In this document: piece after piece, positions 62,624 to 64,000 of the stretch
How positions within the stretch are numbered: the stretch's first letter is position 1
How the letters are laid out: every line of letters begins with the position of its first letter
NCBI GenBank assembly: GCA_964422145.1
Contig: CAYQZV010000004.1
Span: 53,323 to 117,322 of the forward strand
Length of the DNA stretch: 64,000 nucleotides
Reading direction: 5' to 3'
From: an uncultured bacterium
GTDB lineage: Bacteria; Fidelibacterota; Marinisomatia; Marinisomatales; JACNKV01
Translations under genes and position numbers: made by a program
The notes under the pieces: model-generated
The model's input: only the letters and a program-made list of their open reading frames with translations
Database searches by the model: none
Told to the model about the DNA's origin: nothing

Positions 62624-64000
62624 TTAAAATTTTACTGAAATACCTAGCTTGATCGTTCTTTCTTGTGAAAGATATCCGGGGATACCATATACACCACCGG
62701 CAGGATACTTTTTATTATAATCAATTTTGCCGTCACCATCAGTATCCATGATCCACATATATTCATCTTTGAACGTTTCATCAATGTAACCGTCACCGTC
62801 ATCATCTATGCCATTGTGATCGTCTTCAGACGGGAAGACAGCTTTATCCTTATCTTCATAAGCTTTTTGGTAATTTGTATACAAGTGATACCATTCTGCA
62901 TCATAAACATCGGTAATGTTCTGGTTGTTGAACAAATTATCAACCCAAAGGAAGACAGATGCTTTTGTGTCTCTTCCAAATCCGGGAATAATGAAGCTCT
63001 TGCTGGCATACAAATCCACATTAAATGTGCTTGGTAAGCGCTCGGTATTAATTTCAACCTCTAAAGACCTACTGGGCGGAGAATAGGGTAATCCGCTTCC
63101 GTAATTGAGGGTGGTGTTCAAATCCACATCAATATACGGTACCATTGTTTTTAATGTTGCATTAATGGTGTGTCTTTGATCCCAATCCAGGTAGTTCTCA
63201 TTTCCGGGGATGATCTGACTTGCCCATGTAAATCGATAGTTCTGAAGCGCCGAAGAGCTTTTTCCCTTGGCAATAGAATATGTGTAGTTGATATTACCAC
63301 CAAAGTACTTGGTGAATTGACGGAACAAGTCAATCTCCAATCCTTTTACATTACCATAGTCACCGTTAATGTGGCGGGTATAGTATTGATTTGCCTTGAT
63401 CCAAATCTGTTTCGTATCAACTAATCCCTGAATATCTTTGTAGAAACCTTTGACTTCCAGTCTCCAGAAGTTTCCAATTTGATGTCTTAACCCAAGTTCA
63501 TAACTGGTTGTTGTTTCAGGTAAGATATCCGGGTTTCCCACAATTGGGAAAGCGCCTGAGAAATCCCAGTTAATATTTCTGTACATAAATTGGAATTGCG
63601 GAATCTGGAAAGTCTGTCCATAATTGAAGTAAAATGCATCCCGGTTTGTGATTGGATAAGATACACCAATCCTCGGACTCCAGTACCATTTAGAAGGAAC
63701 GGTCGTTGGATCTTTTACTTCCCCTCCTGTTGTCAGGTCGACAGTTGGATCATTTATATCAGACGGGTAATTGTCAAATCTCGGGTCAAAGTAATCTACC
63801 CGGATACCGCTGACAATTACCAGAGATTTAAATTCCATTTTATCTTCAAGGAAGACTCCCCACCAAACGGGGTCCAGTTTCTTTTGTTTTTGACCCCAAG
63901 TTTGATCACTGTATAGGTCTTCAAACGGTTCATGTAATTCATTATAATTGACCTTACCATCACCTTCGCCTACATCCGGAGGAAGATCAATAAAGTCATC
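62624..64000 (-). CDS. TonB-dependent receptor (C-terminal barrel; 5' end outside window)
   Basis: SPRIGVSYPI, GNPDILPETTTSYELG, NVKGLE, WDQRHT, NLFN, C-terminal Phe; by coordinate the frame continues to 64000. Confidence 0.92.
   Translation of the reverse strand, partial: DDFIDLPPDVGEGDGKVNYNELHEPFEDLYSDQTWGQKQKKLDPVWWGVFLEDKMEFKSLVIVSGIRVDYFDPRFDNYPSDINDPTVDLTTGGEVKDPTTVPSKWYWSPRIGVSYPITNRDAFYFNYGQTFQIPQFQFMYRNINWDFSGAFPIVGNPDILPETTTSYELGLRHQIGNFWRLEVKGFYKDIQGLVDTKQIWIKANQYYTRHINGDYGNVKGLEIDLFRQFTKYFGGNINYTYSIAKGKSSSALQNYRFTWASQIIPGNENYLDWDQRHTINATLKTMVPYIDVDLNTTLNYGSGLPYSPPSRSLEVEINTERLPSTFNVDLYASKSFIIPGFGRDTKASVFLWVDNLFNNQNITDVYDAEWYHLYTNYQKAYEDKDKAVFPSEDDHNGIDDDGDGYIDETFKDEYMWIMDTDGDGKIDYNKKYPAGGVYGIPGYLSQERTIKLGISVKF

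Noticed and set aside
63941-63950. Apparent frameshift and stop upstream of the TonB receptor ORF start
   Set aside because: That block is printed with 9 rather than 10 bases. By coordinates 64000 and 63838 are in the same frame and the flanking translation is continuous, so this is a display artefact.

Overview
Gene-dense bacterial chromosome segment. The gene set (PorV- and T9SS-CTD-type proteins, TonB-dependent receptor, archaeal/eukaryote-type ProRS, TAnnTT promoter elements) suggests an FCB-group organism such as Ca. Marinimicrobia; this is inference. Most of the window is housekeeping: ispF-ispD-queA-ruvB, uvrA, rho, folC, murI, amidase, eno-ftsB-proS-recO, mgtE, and a small glycosyltransferase/flippase cluster. 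No rRNA, tRNA, CRISPR array, transposase or integrase was seen. Best leads: (1) a solitary Cas6b-like gene directly downstream of rho, with no array or other cas genes, apparently lacking the catalytic histidines and carrying a ~105-aa charged tail; (2) an orphan MotA with two different MotB genes, one lacking the essential ion-binding Asp; (3) a decayed integrase-less integron cassette cluster at 9.6-13 kb with four attC-like sites, interleaved with a ~103-bp duplicated host promoter; (4) an acyl-CoA dehydrogenase coupled between two DUF2231-like membrane proteins; (5) a tandem pair of tiny paralogous membrane proteins; (6) two apparent pseudoenzymes (AroQ-like, M30-peptidase-like); (7) an actinobacterial-looking aminotransferase. 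All family assignments come from motif recognition by eye and were not checked by database search.
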